Part shown: piece after piece, positions 50,901 to 61,925 of the stretch
Layout of the letters: every line of letters starts with the position of its first letter
How positions within the stretch are numbered: the first letter of the stretch is position 1
NCBI GenBank assembly: GCA_951804945.1
Contig: OX638165.1
Span: 41,106,001 to 41,170,000, forward strand
Length of the DNA: 64,000 nucleotides
Source of the DNA: Podarcis cretensis
Lineage: Eukaryota
Direction: 5' to 3'
The notes under the pieces: model-generated
Database searches by the model: none
Told to the model about the DNA's origin: nothing
The model's input: only the letters and a program-made list of their open reading frames with translations
Position numbers and translations under genes: made by a program

Positions 50901-53900
50901 TTATGGCCATTGACAGATCTATTTCATTTGCACGAATTATGTCTTGCAACTTAGGACAGCTAGCAAAGTAGTAAGATAAAGTAAAAATACAATAAAAACA
51001 GAAAAATAAAAACACACTTATAAACTAACAAAGCAGTAATTGTCCAAACAGACAGTAAAAATAAAAAACTGCTCTTGAGTTGATATTATCAGTTCTTAAA
51101 AGCTGTCACCTAAATGATACTATCAAGTGGTCCAGTGGGCATTCCAAATTTGAGGAGCCATAGTTATACCTTTTCCAGCTCTATGACCTTCATTTTCTGG
51201 TTTTATTTGTTCCATTTTTGAGGTGAAATGACTAGAAGTGAATATGTCGGTATGTATTGTGTAGCTCAGAGTGGTCAGACACATGGCCCATTGGGTTGTA
51301 TGTGGCCCTCGAAGCTGTTTTTGGCGGCCCTCCAGCTCCCCACCCTCTACCTCTGCCAGGGCAGCACAGCCAGGCTGGTGGCCTAAGGCAGGCTGCTGCT
51401 GCTGCTCTGCTGCTGGAGGAGCTCTGTGGAGCCACCAGGCTGCGCTCTTGAGCCCACTTGGAGCATAGCTGTGTCCCCAGGGCTCCAGAGCACCAGGGAG
51501 CAAACAATGCAGAGAAGAAGTGTGGAGTGGGTAGATATCTGTGTATGTTTCAGTATGGAATACTTCGCTTTCTTTTTTGTAATACAGAGAAGTTTGCGCT
51601 TTGGGTGGGTTTCTGTGAACTTCATAAAGTCCAAAACTTGAAACAATTTAGCAGACAATTCACTTGAGAGTTGCCTGTGGATGTCAACAATTAACCTCAA
51701 GGCATTGATCAACTTGTGAAGAATTCTCTAGCTCAAACATCTCATTGATGCCTGTGTTGTTAACAAAAGCGCATGCGTCTGTTTTGTATTAAATCTGTGT
51801 AATCAATAAATATATTAAATTGTGTATTTAATTCAATATATTAATTTGTATTTAAATATTTATATTTAATTAAATACATTAATTGTGTATATTCAATAAT
51901 ATTAACTATATTGCAAACATTTTAATTTACTGATATGGAAATTTGTGTTAATTTTGTGTGTGGCCCCCAGGTTCTGTGTCAAAGGACTTTTGTGGCTCAT
52001 TTGGTTTCAGAGGTTGGACCGCCCTGTTGTAGTTGTTTTACTATACAGCTTGCTTCCCTGTGTGCTACCGGCTGGACACAAAAATGTTGCAGTATATGGG
52101 TCCATGGGAAAAACACCCTGCAGGCTTACTGATCAGAGTTTGTGTGATGTGTCTGCCTTTATTCCAAAGTACCTGGTCTCATCTTAGTTCCTTTCTTCCT
52201 CAGGGGAATGGCCCACTAGCTGAGATTGACCTGTGGCGAGAGAGAAATGCTACGTTGAGTGCCCTCACTCAGCAGCTCAAACTGCCCTTAGTCAAAAAGG
52301 TCTTGGAAGTGCTCACGGCAGCTAACATAGCAATTGTGGATAGCTTGCAGATAGTCATAAATGAGCTCTGCAAGCACCATGTGGAGGCAGTTGATAATGT
52401 GAGGTTCCTTTCTACTCTTGAACGACACCTAAAGGTAGGTTTTTATCAGCTGTATATGTAACATTCAGTAGCAGCAGGGCACTGTCCAACAATGTCCAAA
52501 AGTTTTGGATACAGAGTTCATAATTTTTTAACACCTCATGATGACTCATTTGTACATCACAGTAAGCCATAAAACATGCTTTGCCATACATGCCCTCTTT
52601 GCTCCTGTCTACTAGCAATGAGAGGAAAGAAGTCACATTCCTCTAGCTTGGTATTATGAGCCAACCAGGGATTGTGGTTTGGCTCCCTCCAAACAAGCTA
52701 TGGTGGCACACTAAGGTTTATTCTTGGCTTACTAGTCGTGCTTTGTTTAAGCAAAACAAACCACAATTCCTGGTTTGGATGTAATGCTAAGCTATGGTTC
52801 ATTGTTTGCTGCCTCTGCATATTCATGGAGGAGTAAAGAGGGACTGCACAGTAAGCTATGGTTAATGGCTTATTGCAGAGTACAAACACAGCCAACAACA
52901 CTCTGTTATTAACAAGGAGCAATAGCAGCTGCTTCTTGTAGCAAAGGGCCTTTCTCTTAAATCATTGGTGCTACCAGGAACTGAATCTAGGGCCATTTGC
53001 TTGCAAACCATCTCATGTATCACCTCTAAAAAAACAACAACCTGGAGATGCAATTAAGGGTACCAACAACTTCTCCCCTTTTATGTATTGGTATAGCCTG
53101 CATCACTTCCTGGACAGAGTTTGTAAATAGTGACAACAGCATTAGAGACTCAGAATGGTGCAGCCAAGCAGCCCCAAGGCTGCTCAGATCCTTTGGAGAT
53201 GAAATAAGGAGACGCCCTTTCCCCCGAGTAGTGTTCCTGGTCAGCTACCATCTTGGATATGTTTAATTAATTCAGTAGAACCTTTCTGTTGGGGGCCCTC
53301 AGTGACCCTACTATGCACTCCCTACCCGTTTCCTTTTCCATTCTTTGGGCTGTACCTCATTTTATGTTTCCAAAAACATGTGTCCTATTCCTTCATACTG
53401 ATATTTTTTTTACAATATTTGCCATTGACTCAACAGAATTTAACACACGGCACTGGCTTCAACATTGTCTTGGATACAATTCCCTCACTGATGAATGCCT
53501 TGAGAATGGTGTGGATTATTTCACGGCACTACAACAAGGATGAAAGGATGATCCCCCTAATGGAAAGGATTGCCTGGGAGATCTCGGCAAGGGTCTGCAA
53601 GGTTGTGGATCTACGGACTTTGTTCAAGTATGTGGCATTCCCTTCTGTAAACTAAGCTAAAGTCTTGTTCTCAGGACCTTGCACCAGTTACTTTGCACAC
53701 CCAGGTTGAGTGCGACTCCCTTCAGATCAGGAGCCATCCTCAGGAATGTGTGCTGCAGTGTAAATCTGGTTTTTCATCACTTACTTGCCTCATCTCTAGA
53801 CCATTGTTTAGAGTTACACCCACTGCATAGCACAACATGCCATTTTTTGTAGTGCCAGGGTCCAAAGGTTATTAGTTTCTATGATGAAAGGCAAGAAATA

Positions 53901-56900
53901 CATTTAATCTTTTGAGTGCTGAATATGGCTGTCTTTTCTTTTTGAATTTTGGATCAATTTTCCCCCGTGCTTTTTTATGGGCTCATAGGGAAGACAGGCA
54001 ACTTGCAAAAACCAAAATGATAGAAGCCAAACGGACCCTTGAAATTTGGAAGGAGTCCTACTTTGACATCCGTGCCAAAATTGAAGCTTCAGGAAGAGAC
54101 GCACGATGGGAATTTGACAGGAAGCGTTTATTTGAAAAAACAGATTATATGGCCATAATCTGTCAAGACCTCTATAACATATTGCAGGTAAGAGCATGCA
54201 TGAATTACTGAAGAATAGGGTTTTCTTTACATCATTTGTTGAGCCCAGTCTAAGGTCTCCTAATGTGTGCTTGAGTTTCAAGACACACTCAGAGCTCCAA
54301 AGACGCACAGGCTTTCCTCACATCTTTTGCACAAGAGCAATGACATACATTTACTCCTTGTGTGGACTCAGAATTTAAAATTTCACTTTAACAAAGCATC
54401 AAGGAGAGCTGGTGTTTTTTGTTTTGTTCTTTATTAGATCACTGATGGGTTTGCCACTCTGAGTTCCTACGGGTGGGATATAAATTTAATAAAACAAATG
54501 AATAAATTGGCCAAAACTGATGGCTGGAGTCTGGACTCCAAATGAGGTGCTGTAAGGCTCAGGTGATAGAATAACTTCAGACTGCAGGGGAAGAATCACA
54601 TTTCTTAATATTTCCCTACATGAGAAACTCCCTGCAACACCACCCCAAACATTTGAACACTGGCTTCCATTCATTTCACTGTCCAATATTGGCTTCTCTC
54701 TTGAAACACGTTTTATTGGGCCACAACTTTGCTGGCCTCTGGAATGGCTGCAATATACTCTCTTGCATTGCCCTACATATGTCCATGCAACTGCTTCGGT
54801 CTGCAGAACTGCTACAATTACAGGTGCTACATAATACTCATTCTCTACTTGCAATAAATTGATCTACAGTGGTGCCCCACAAGACGAACGCCTCGCAAGA
54901 TGGAAAACTCGCTAGACGAAAGAGTTTTCCGTTTTCGAGTTGCTTCGCAAGACGAATTTCCCTATGGGCTTGCTTCGCAAGATGAAAACGTCTTGCGACT
55001 TTGTTTCCTTTGTCTTAAAACCGTTAAAACCAAGTGTGCCTTGCTTGAACAGCTGCAGTTGCGACTTGACTTCAAGGAGCAACTGTTAGCACGCGGTTTG
55101 GTAGCCTTTTTTCAGACTTTGCTCATTTTCGAAGCTTTTCCAAAACTTTTCCAGAACTTCTTTAGCATCCATTTGGTAAGTGAAACTTTTAAAACTTTTT
55201 GGGGGGTTTTTGGATTTTGGGTTGGGGTGTTTGGGATTCAAGGACTTGGTGTTGGGGGGGTTTCTGCGAGAATCTGGGAGCTTGTGGGGTTTTTTTTTTT
55301 TGAATTTTTAAGATTTTTCTGTGACCATTGGGCCATGTTGTGTTTTTTAAAAAAAATTCTGAGTTTGAATTTCTGTGTGCTGGGTGGCTGGGGGAACAGT
55401 TGGGGAGGATTTTGCAGGAATCTGGGAGCTTGTGGGGTTTTTTTTTTTAATTTTTAAGATTTTCTGTGACCATTGGGCCATGTTGGTTTTTTTTGAAAAA
55501 AATTTTCTGAGTTTGAATTTCTGTGTGTTGGGTGGCTGGGGGAACAGTTGGGGAGGCTTTTCCAAGAATCTGGGAGCTTGTGGGGGTTTTTTTTTTTTTG
55601 AATTTTTAAGATTTTCTGTGACCATTGGGCCATGTTGGTTTTTTTTGAAATTTTTTTTTCAGGGTTTGAATTTCTGTGTGCTGGTTGGCTGGGGGAACAG
55701 TTGGGGAGGGGTTTGCAGCAGTTGGGGAGGGGCTGGGGGAGCAGTTGGGGAGGGGTTTGCAATTTCTGTGTGGTGGGTTGGTGGGTGGCTGGGGGAACAG
55801 TTGAGGTTTTTGAAGACTTTGGTGATTTTTGAAGCTTTTCCAAAACTTCTTTTGCAGCCATTTGAAGTTTCTGAAGACTTCGGTGATTGATTGCTGAAGC
55901 TTTTCCAGAACTTCTTTTGCATCCATTTGGTAAGTTAAACTTTTAAAACTTTTTTGGGGGTTTTTGGATTTTGGGTTGGGGTGTTTGGGATTCAAGGACT
56001 TGGTTCTGGGTTTTAATTTCTGTGTGGTGGGTGGCTGGGTGCTTTTGCATTTTTTGGATTTGAAGCACATCACTGATTTTCCTTTTTTTGTGTGTGAGTT
56101 TACGAAGGTAGGAGCTGTGCTGCCATGGGACCCAAGAAGACCGGCGAGAGGAAGAAGGAGAAGGTGACGCTGGAAATGAAGAAGGAGATCATCCGGAAGC
56201 ACGACGGTGGAATGCGTGTGACGGACCTCGCCAGGGAGTACGGGAGGAATCCATCGACCATCGGGACCATCCTGAAGATGAGGGAGAAGATCCTGGCGAC
56301 TGATGCAGCCAAGGGAGTCACCAGGATCGTCAAGAACCGCCCAGCTGTTCTGGAAGAGGTCGAGAAGTTGCTGCTCATCTGGATAGAAGAGAAGCAGCGT
56401 GCAGGGGACACAGTGACTGAGGCTGTCATTTGTGAGAAGGCCAAGGCCTTGCACGCAGACCTCGTCCGGGAATAGCCAGGAACCTCAGGCGAGCCAGAAG
56501 TCTTCAAGGCAAGCAGAGGTTGGTTTGACCGGTTCAAGGCAAGATCTGGAATCCACAGCGTGGTCAGGCATGGAGAGGCTGCCAGTTCTGATGTTCCTGT
56601 GGCTGATGAGTTTGCAGCGGAGTTCCTGGAGGTTGTGAAGACGGAGGGCTACGTTCCACAGCAGGTCTTCAACTGCGACAAGACCGGGCTGTTTTGGAAG
56701 AGGATGCCCAAAAGGACTTTCATCACATAGGAGGAGGCCAAGTTGCCTGGCCACAAGCCCATGAAGGACCGTCTGACCCTGCTCTTCTGTGCCAACGCAA
56801 GCGGCGACCTGAAGATCAAGCCCCTGCTGGTGTACCACTCGGAGAACCCACGGGCCTTCAAGAGACACAAGATCGACAAGGAGCAGCTGAGTGTCATGTG

Positions 56901-59900
56901 GCGATCCAACAGCAAGGCTTGGGTCACACGTGTGCTGTTTGTGGACTGGGTCAATCTTGCTTTTGGCCCTGCTGTCAAACAGTACCTGCTGGACAACGAC
57001 CTGTCGCTGAAGGCTTTGCTTCTGATGGACAATGCCCCTGCTCATCCTAAAGGCCTTGAGGTGGACTTGTTGGAGGAGTTCAGCTTCATCAACATCATGT
57101 TCCTGCCGCCTAACCCCACGCCACTGCTCCAGCCGATGGATCAGCAGGTCATCGCCAATTTCAAAAAACTCTACACCAAGGAGCTTTTCAGGCGATGCTT
57201 CGAGGTGACTGATTGCACCACCATCACCCTGCGGGAATTCTGGAAGGACCACTTCGACATCGTCACCTGCTTGAAGATGTCACCACGGCCTGGAATGGGC
57301 TCAGCCAGAGAAATTTGAATTGCGCTTGGCGCAGCCTGTGGCCGGACTGTGTGGCACCAAGTGACTCGGATGCACCAGAGTCAACAGTGCTGCAGGACAT
57401 TGTCGCCTTGGGGAGGACCATGGGCCTGGAGGTCACAGAGGAGGACGTCTGCGAGCTGGTGGAGGAGCACGACCATGAGCTGACCACCCAGGAGCTGGTC
57501 GAACTGCAGGCAGAGGCTGCGCAGGAGTGGGCCTCGCTGGAAGAGGAGGAAGCAACTGAGGAACGGCTGTCCTCCAAAGAACTGAGGGACATTTGCCTGA
57601 AGTGGAAGGAGGTGCAGGCTTTTGCAGAGCGGCACCACCCTGACAAGCACGTGGCACATGACCTTGGGAACACTTACGATACGAGGGTCATGTCGCCTTT
57701 CAGGGAGGTACTGAAAAGGCAGATGAAGCAGCAGACCATGGACAGGTTCTTGAGCAAGAAGCAAAGAGTGGAAGAGGAGCCTTCTTCGAGTGGTCCCCCA
57801 GAGTCTTAGAAAATGTACTGTATACTTTGTTGATTTTTAAATGTTTTTCTGTCATGTTTATAAACTTAATTTATTGTTCCTTCAGTTTTTGAAATGCTCT
57901 TTACAGTATGTGTGACTTTAAAGAGCAGTTAATAAACTCTTTTTGTACCAAATTTGGCTTTGTTTGGACTTTTTTTGACCATAGGAACGCATTAATTGAT
58001 TTTCAGTGCATTCCTATGGGATTTCGTGCTTCGCAAGACGAAAAATTCGCTAGACGAAAAAAATCGTGGAACGGATTAATTTCGTCTTGTGAGGCACCAC
58101 TGTATTAGTGTGGCAGCCCCTACACTTTGGAACTCCCTGCCTGTTGACATGCAGCAGGCTCTTTTGCCATACTCCTTTTGGTGCCTGCTTAATACATCTT
58201 TGTGTGCTGGCAAGCCAACTCAGAAATGTAGAGTGTTGACACATGTTTTAATCTCTTTTTAGCTTACTGCTTATTTTAATTATCTTCTGTTTTTTTAAAA
58301 GAGTGAATCACTTTACAGGTTTTATTACAATCAAAAGGTATATAAATTTTGTTAAATGAAGTGCATTTGTTATTATCTAATCCGTACTTCCTTTTTGTTG
58401 TCATAAATATACTTGTGCATTTCTCTCCCACCTTCTTTTCCCTTGTATCCCATCCCCTTCTTCTCCTTTTCTTCATTACATAGTTTTAAAAAAATCAATA
58501 AAAACATTTCATACAGTTTGTAAGGATGCAATTTTTTAAAATAAATCATGCACACACAAACAAAAAAACCCTCCACAGAAGCAGAAAAGGAGCCCAGCAG
58601 GCAAAAAGGATAGGCTAGTTTCTGTTTGCAGTAAGTTTTTTTCTTTGCTTGGGAGAGTGCTATTCCTTATCTGTTGGCTGAGGTGATACAATTCATTCAG
58701 TCACCACTTTCTGCATCGTGTATAGACCTAGCTAGACCTGTGCCTGTGCTTCAGGATCATTTGTCTTGCTGCTGAAACAACTTCTTAGTTACTTCAAGTG
58801 ACAATTTCACAGCACTCAGACAGTTTTTGTCAGCTGCTTGATGGCCGATCCTTAACCAGAAACTCTCTGGGTTTCTTGTCTGGCTTCTCAGACTAGCTCA
58901 GTTCCCATCTTCCTTTCTGGGAAAAATAAAGCACAGATTGAAAGCCGCTAGAAATTATATCTGCCTACACATCAGCTTTTTTTGTACCCTGATAGGTTAT
59001 GGAAGAGTTTTACAACATCTTTGGTCCTGAACTGAAAGCTGTCACTGGGGATCCAAAGCGCATTGATGAAGTCTTGCGACGAGTTGACGCTCTTGTCAGT
59101 CCTATGGAGGTTCTGACCTTTGAGCCTTTCAACATCAGATGTGCAACTCAATGGAAGATAGTTATGGAGGAATTTAAAATGGAAGTTTTGGTAAGGAGCA
59201 GAAGCTTTGATTTGTATTTTTCTAGCTACTCACTAGAACCCCTTGTCTTCCTGCTAGAACCCATGAACAATAAGAATTTGACCTACAAGCCCCTTCAGTC
59301 CTTCTATGAAGTGATCTGTGAAAGAGCAGTTTGCATTTAGTATGGCGTTTGGAAACCTGAGCGGTTATTTTATTGCGTTAGGACTGCCTGCCATGCCCGC
59401 CATTGATAAATGAGAATGCCCCCCTTGTTAACTTCCCTTTCTTAATTTTTAGGATATAGAAAAAGAAGCAAAGAGCTTCATTGATGATTCTTTTAAGACT
59501 CTTCGTTCAGCAGAAGCTGCTTTTGACATGCTCTTAAACTTCAAACACATCCGCTCTCGAGAGGCCATTAATAAGCAGATGATGATGAAATTCAATGACA
59601 TTTTGGCACAGTATTGTAAAGAGGTATTTGCTGTTCCTTTCCAGCCATGACTCCTTAGAACTTTTGGTGCCCTTTGTGGAATAGCATCTCACCTCAAAGT
59701 TTTATGCAGGAGCTGCTGAGACTGGTGACTCCCTTCTTATTCCCTATCCTGCCTTGCATGTTAAGCAGTAGCACCTCTCTCCCCGGGTAAGCACCAGCTA
59801 CCTGCTGTGTTGGGAAGCTGGGAAACAACAGAGCCCCACCCAAGCTGCTTCACATCAACAGCCACGGATGTTGAGGCCTCCTTTCTCATAGCTGCATCAA

Positions 59901-61925
59901 TCTTAAGGACTCCCCCAGTGGTGAGACTGGTCTTGATACCATAATAATTAACAACAGGGGTGACTTTCCTGGATTTCTTTGCTCACAGGGAAGTAGTCAC
60001 CCTTTGTTTGTTTGTTTAAAAATCACACTAAAGCACCTCTTAAAAACTAGTAATAAGAGCCTATGAGTGAGTGGTATCTCTTGTTAATATAGATGACATA
60101 GGCACAATTCAAATAGGCACTGAGACACTCAAGCAACTACACACACCTATCAAAATGCTCTGGGACTCTGTCGGGGGGAGGGGGGGAGAGTCTTGTTTCT
60201 CTACTAAGAGTAATTGAGGGGTTGCATTTTGGGACAAGACAGTTCCTCTGCAGCAACAGCATGGCACAAAAACTTCTGAAGATGGTGATTCCCCCCAGAT
60301 CTTTCTCAGAGCTTAAAAAGCCTCAAAAAATGTGGGCTTTTATATAGATAGTGTATGGGAAATGGTCAGTTCTATTAACAGAATTTTGAAATCCATTGGG
60401 CCTAGGTTATATATTGTAAGGTACTGGGAGGGTGTCTGAAACAAACATATTCAGTAGTTAGACTCTGCCACCTTAACTCCTGCCCCACCAGTGCTCAGCT
60501 ACCACTGAAAACTGGGCAGAGTGAGCTCTAGGCTCTGTAGGTACCCTCCAAACTGCAGTTCTAGCTAGTCCGTGTCCACCAGGCTGTCTAAAGCCTCAGT
60601 GCTTGCACTTCAGTCTGAGCAACTAGCCTCTAGGTTGAGGACACTAGGTTCTGGTTCCCTTTCCCTAACTGCTAGCTTGGATCTTGCTCCCTGCCTAGCT
60701 TTGTCTACTCACCTGACTTTGGCCCTCCTGATCTTTGTTTGATGTTCTGGGACTTGTCCCAACCTGTTTTGGACATGCAGCTACTTCTGACCCCATTTGG
60801 ATTATGAGGTGACTCCCTCACTTCCTGGATCTTGCCTGCCTGAAGCCTGACCCTACTGAAATCTGCCATGTAGCATCTTTAGATGTTGCTAATGATGAAA
60901 CAAAGAATTTTGCCTAGTAAGATGATAAATATCCTTTTTTTAATTCACAGGTTGAGATAGTTAACAACATATTCGTCAGTAACCTTTCCAACCCACCTTT
61001 ATGCAAAAACCACCCTCCAGTGGCAGGAGCAATTTACTGGGCCCGAACTCTTTTCTACCGTATAAAGCACACCATTGTTCGATTCCAAGAAGTAGAGGAG
61101 CTGCTGGCTAGTGAGCGTGGAAAGGAGGTGGGCTGGAGTTTTGTTACTAGTGAATAATAATGCACATTAGTATATATCAGAAACAGCATTTCAGTGAACT
61201 GGGAAGTTCAAAGTACATTGTTTTGGAATGGGAAGTTGCTGAATAACATTCTTGTTTTCATTTTTCAATATTGTTCTGTAAGCTGCTCTGGGATTTGCTT
61301 TGGGATGTAGAGCAAGACAGAAGAATGTTCAATGAATAAAAATGAAAAGATGAACTGCAGAAAGTAAAAGCTCTCTTGTCTGACCTGGGGTATTTTAGGT
61401 GAAACAAAAATATCTTGAAGTGGCAAAGAGAATGAAAGAATATGAAGATTTGAAATATGACCAGTGGAGAGATAACACAGAAGATAAGCTCCCAATTCTA
61501 TTGAAAAAAACTCTCCTTGCTAAAGTTCATCCTTCTGGAGCTATTATTCAGGCTAATCCAGAGACCCGTGAGCAGGTGGCTATAATTTTTTTCTTGTTCC
61601 AGCCCTTTGCATATCCTTGGGAAGATAAGGATCTTGCATAATAATTTTCAGTTTAATAAATTTCTGTTTCTATTTGGCAACATTTCTTTCCCCTTTTGGT
61701 TTATGTTTTGACACATTGTCCTCCTTTCTGTGGTGGTTGATCTTCTGGGATGTAGAGTCCACGTACTGAAGAGATGGACACTGGAGAGAAAACTACTCGT
61801 TTCACAGTTAACTTTTCTCCCAAGCTTCGAGAGATAATCAATGAAACAAAATATATGGAACAACTTGGATTTCCAGTGCCTGAAATAGCCAGGAATGTGG
61901 CCCTTCAGGAGGACAAATTGCTTAG
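36625..61925 (+). CDS. DNAH10: Dynein axonemal heavy chain 10, 5' part (15 coding exons, about 851 codons; continues beyond the window)
   Basis: Translation MDDVRVQWVGDRL...FEELLNRDDG...GNGPLAEIDLWRERNATLSAL...WIISRHYNKDERM...RWEFDRKRLFE (dynein heavy chain N-terminal region 1). Phases are consistent and the gene is syntenic with ATP6V0A2. Confidence 0.95.
38254..38334 (+). CDS. DNAH10: DNAH10 exon 2
   Basis: Pyrimidine tract + CAG; acidic VPYEEDEEDNRSEKMAAASSSSMVET; phase 1-1 fits the neighbouring exons. Confidence 0.75.
38535..38852 (+). mobile_element. RTE-BovB LINE 3' fragment
   Basis: LRLQYFGHLMRRKDSLEKTLMLGKMEGTRRRGRQRTRWLD...WRALVHGVTKSWTRL; CAA tail. Confidence 0.92.
39776..39918 (+). 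CDS. DNAH10: DNAH10 exon 3
   Basis: ttttttag acceptor; RDRKSKSSLPETGEKP...VRMYK; donor GTAAGT; phase 1-0 fits. Confidence 0.7.
42841..43071. mobile_element. Tigger-like MITE, family C (TTTGTAACC repeats)
   Basis: TA|CAGTGGTACCTCGGGTTAC...GTAACCTGAGGTACCACTG|TA. Confidence 0.85.
44027..44135 (+). CDS. DNAH10: DNAH10 exon 4
   Basis: KTIKREVYNLYYHMAMNNIPEDFVETDMVYFLRDTA. Confidence 0.88.
44371..44719. mobile_element. GC-rich hAT-type MITE (relative at 48177-48361)
   Basis: 8-bp TSD GGTCTGCC/GGTCTACC; CAG...CTG termini. Confidence 0.72.
45489..45599. mobile_element. hAT-type MITE
   Basis: Perfect 8-bp TSD CATTAGAT. Confidence 0.8.
45995..46358 (-). mobile_element. Young Sauria SINE (different subfamily)
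   Basis: Perfect 15-bp TSD CTTGTGTGGGAACTA (45980-45994, 46359-46373); (ACCTTT)n tail; CpGs intact. Confidence 0.92.
47029..47144 (+). CDS. DNAH10: DNAH10 exon 5
   Basis: TVSEPNDLTEAKDVLPEVLEYGILNGHTLLMLKQLFAL. Confidence 0.9.
47445..47620. mobile_element. hAT-type MITE
   Basis: Perfect 8-bp TSD CTATAGAC. Confidence 0.8.
48827..49121 (-). mobile_element. Tigger-derived MITE, same family, reverse orientation
   Basis: TA-flanked, same TIR and subterminal repeats; TTAGCGG-type internal filler. Confidence 0.92.
49159..49375 (+). CDS. DNAH10: DNAH10 exon 6
   Basis: VFLPAMCHNQ...LRNEFLMNMQKFLSHIQRTIQQIE. Confidence 0.93.
49517..49624. mobile_element. hAT (Tip100-like) MITE
   Basis: TIR TAGGGTTGCCATAT / ATATGGCAACCCTA; degenerate 8-bp TSD. 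Confidence 0.75.
49834..49991 (+). CDS. DNAH10: DNAH10 exon 7
   Basis: EIKLEMPTISLDGDVNDLAND...LKKVPQ. Confidence 0.93.
51267..52026 (+). mobile_element. Old hAT (Charlie/Buster-like) deletion derivative retaining the transposase C-terminus
   Basis: CAGAGTGGTC / GACCGCCCTG termini; TSD GTGTAGCT/TTGTAGTT; about 51614-51747 reads VNFIKSKT*NNLADNSLESCL...IDQLVKNSLAQTSH*. Confidence 0.7.
52204..52434 (+). CDS. DNAH10: DNAH10 exon 8
   Basis: GNGPLAEIDLWRERNATLSAL...DNVRFLSTLERHLK. Confidence 0.95.
53437..53627 (+). CDS. DNAH10: DNAH10 exon 9
   Basis: NLTHGTGFNIVLDTIPSLMNALRMVWIISRHYNKDERM...LRTLF. Confidence 0.95.
53989..54187 (+). CDS. DNAH10: DNAH10 exon 10
   Basis: EDRQLAKTK...RWEFDRKRLFEKTDYMAIICQDLYNILQ. 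Confidence 0.95.
55271..55715 (+). repeat. About 148-bp tandem repeat (3 copies) inside the Tigger 5' region
   Basis: AATCTGGGAGCTTGTGGGG starts at 55271, 55419 and 55567. Confidence 0.88.
56125..57809 (+). pseudogene. Tigger transposase (CENP-B-type HTH + DDE_1 domain, DD36D), disrupted
   Basis: ORFs 56125-56475, 56743-57318 and 57213-57809 join into one transposase. Motifs: FKASRGWFDRF, VFNCDKTGLFWKRMP, LLMDNAPAH, LQPMDQ. Stops at 56473 and 56728; 1-nt deletion near 57278. Confidence 0.93.
58996..59190 (+). CDS. DNAH10: DNAH10 exon 11
   Basis: VMEEFYNIFGPELKAVTGDPKRIDEVL...FKMEVL. Confidence 0.95.
59453..59623 (+). CDS. DNAH10: DNAH10 exon 12
   Basis: DIEKEAKSFIDDSFKTLRSAEAAFDMLLNFKHIRSREAINKQMMMKFNDILAQYCKE. 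Confidence 0.95.
60951..61127 (+). CDS. DNAH10: DNAH10 exon 13
   Basis: VEIVNNIF...NHPPVAGAIYWARTLFYRIKHTIVRFQE...GKE. Confidence 0.95.
61399..61575 (+). CDS. DNAH10: DNAH10 exon 14 (alternative in-frame end at 61524)
   Basis: VKQKYLEVAKRMKEYEDLKYDQW...LLAK[VHPSGAIIQANPETREQ]. Confidence 0.85.
61756..61925 (+). CDS. DNAH10: DNAH10 exon 15
   Basis: SPRTEEMDTGEKTTRFTVNFSPKLREIINETKYMEQLGFPVPEIARNVALQEDKL; donor GTAAGG. Confidence 0.93.

Larger units (their letters stand above)
54867..58102 (+). mobile_element. Full-length pogo/Tigger-family DNA transposon (3236 bp) in DNAH10 intron 10
   Basis: TA TSDs (54865-66, 58103-04); 22-bp TIR CAGTGGTGCC(C/T)CACAAGACGAA; internal transposase gene. Confidence 0.95.

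Noticed and set aside
55347-57764. Minus-strand ORFs of up to 282 aa in the Tigger element
   Set aside because: Antisense shadows of the GC3-rich transposase and translations of the tandem repeats; no recognisable domain
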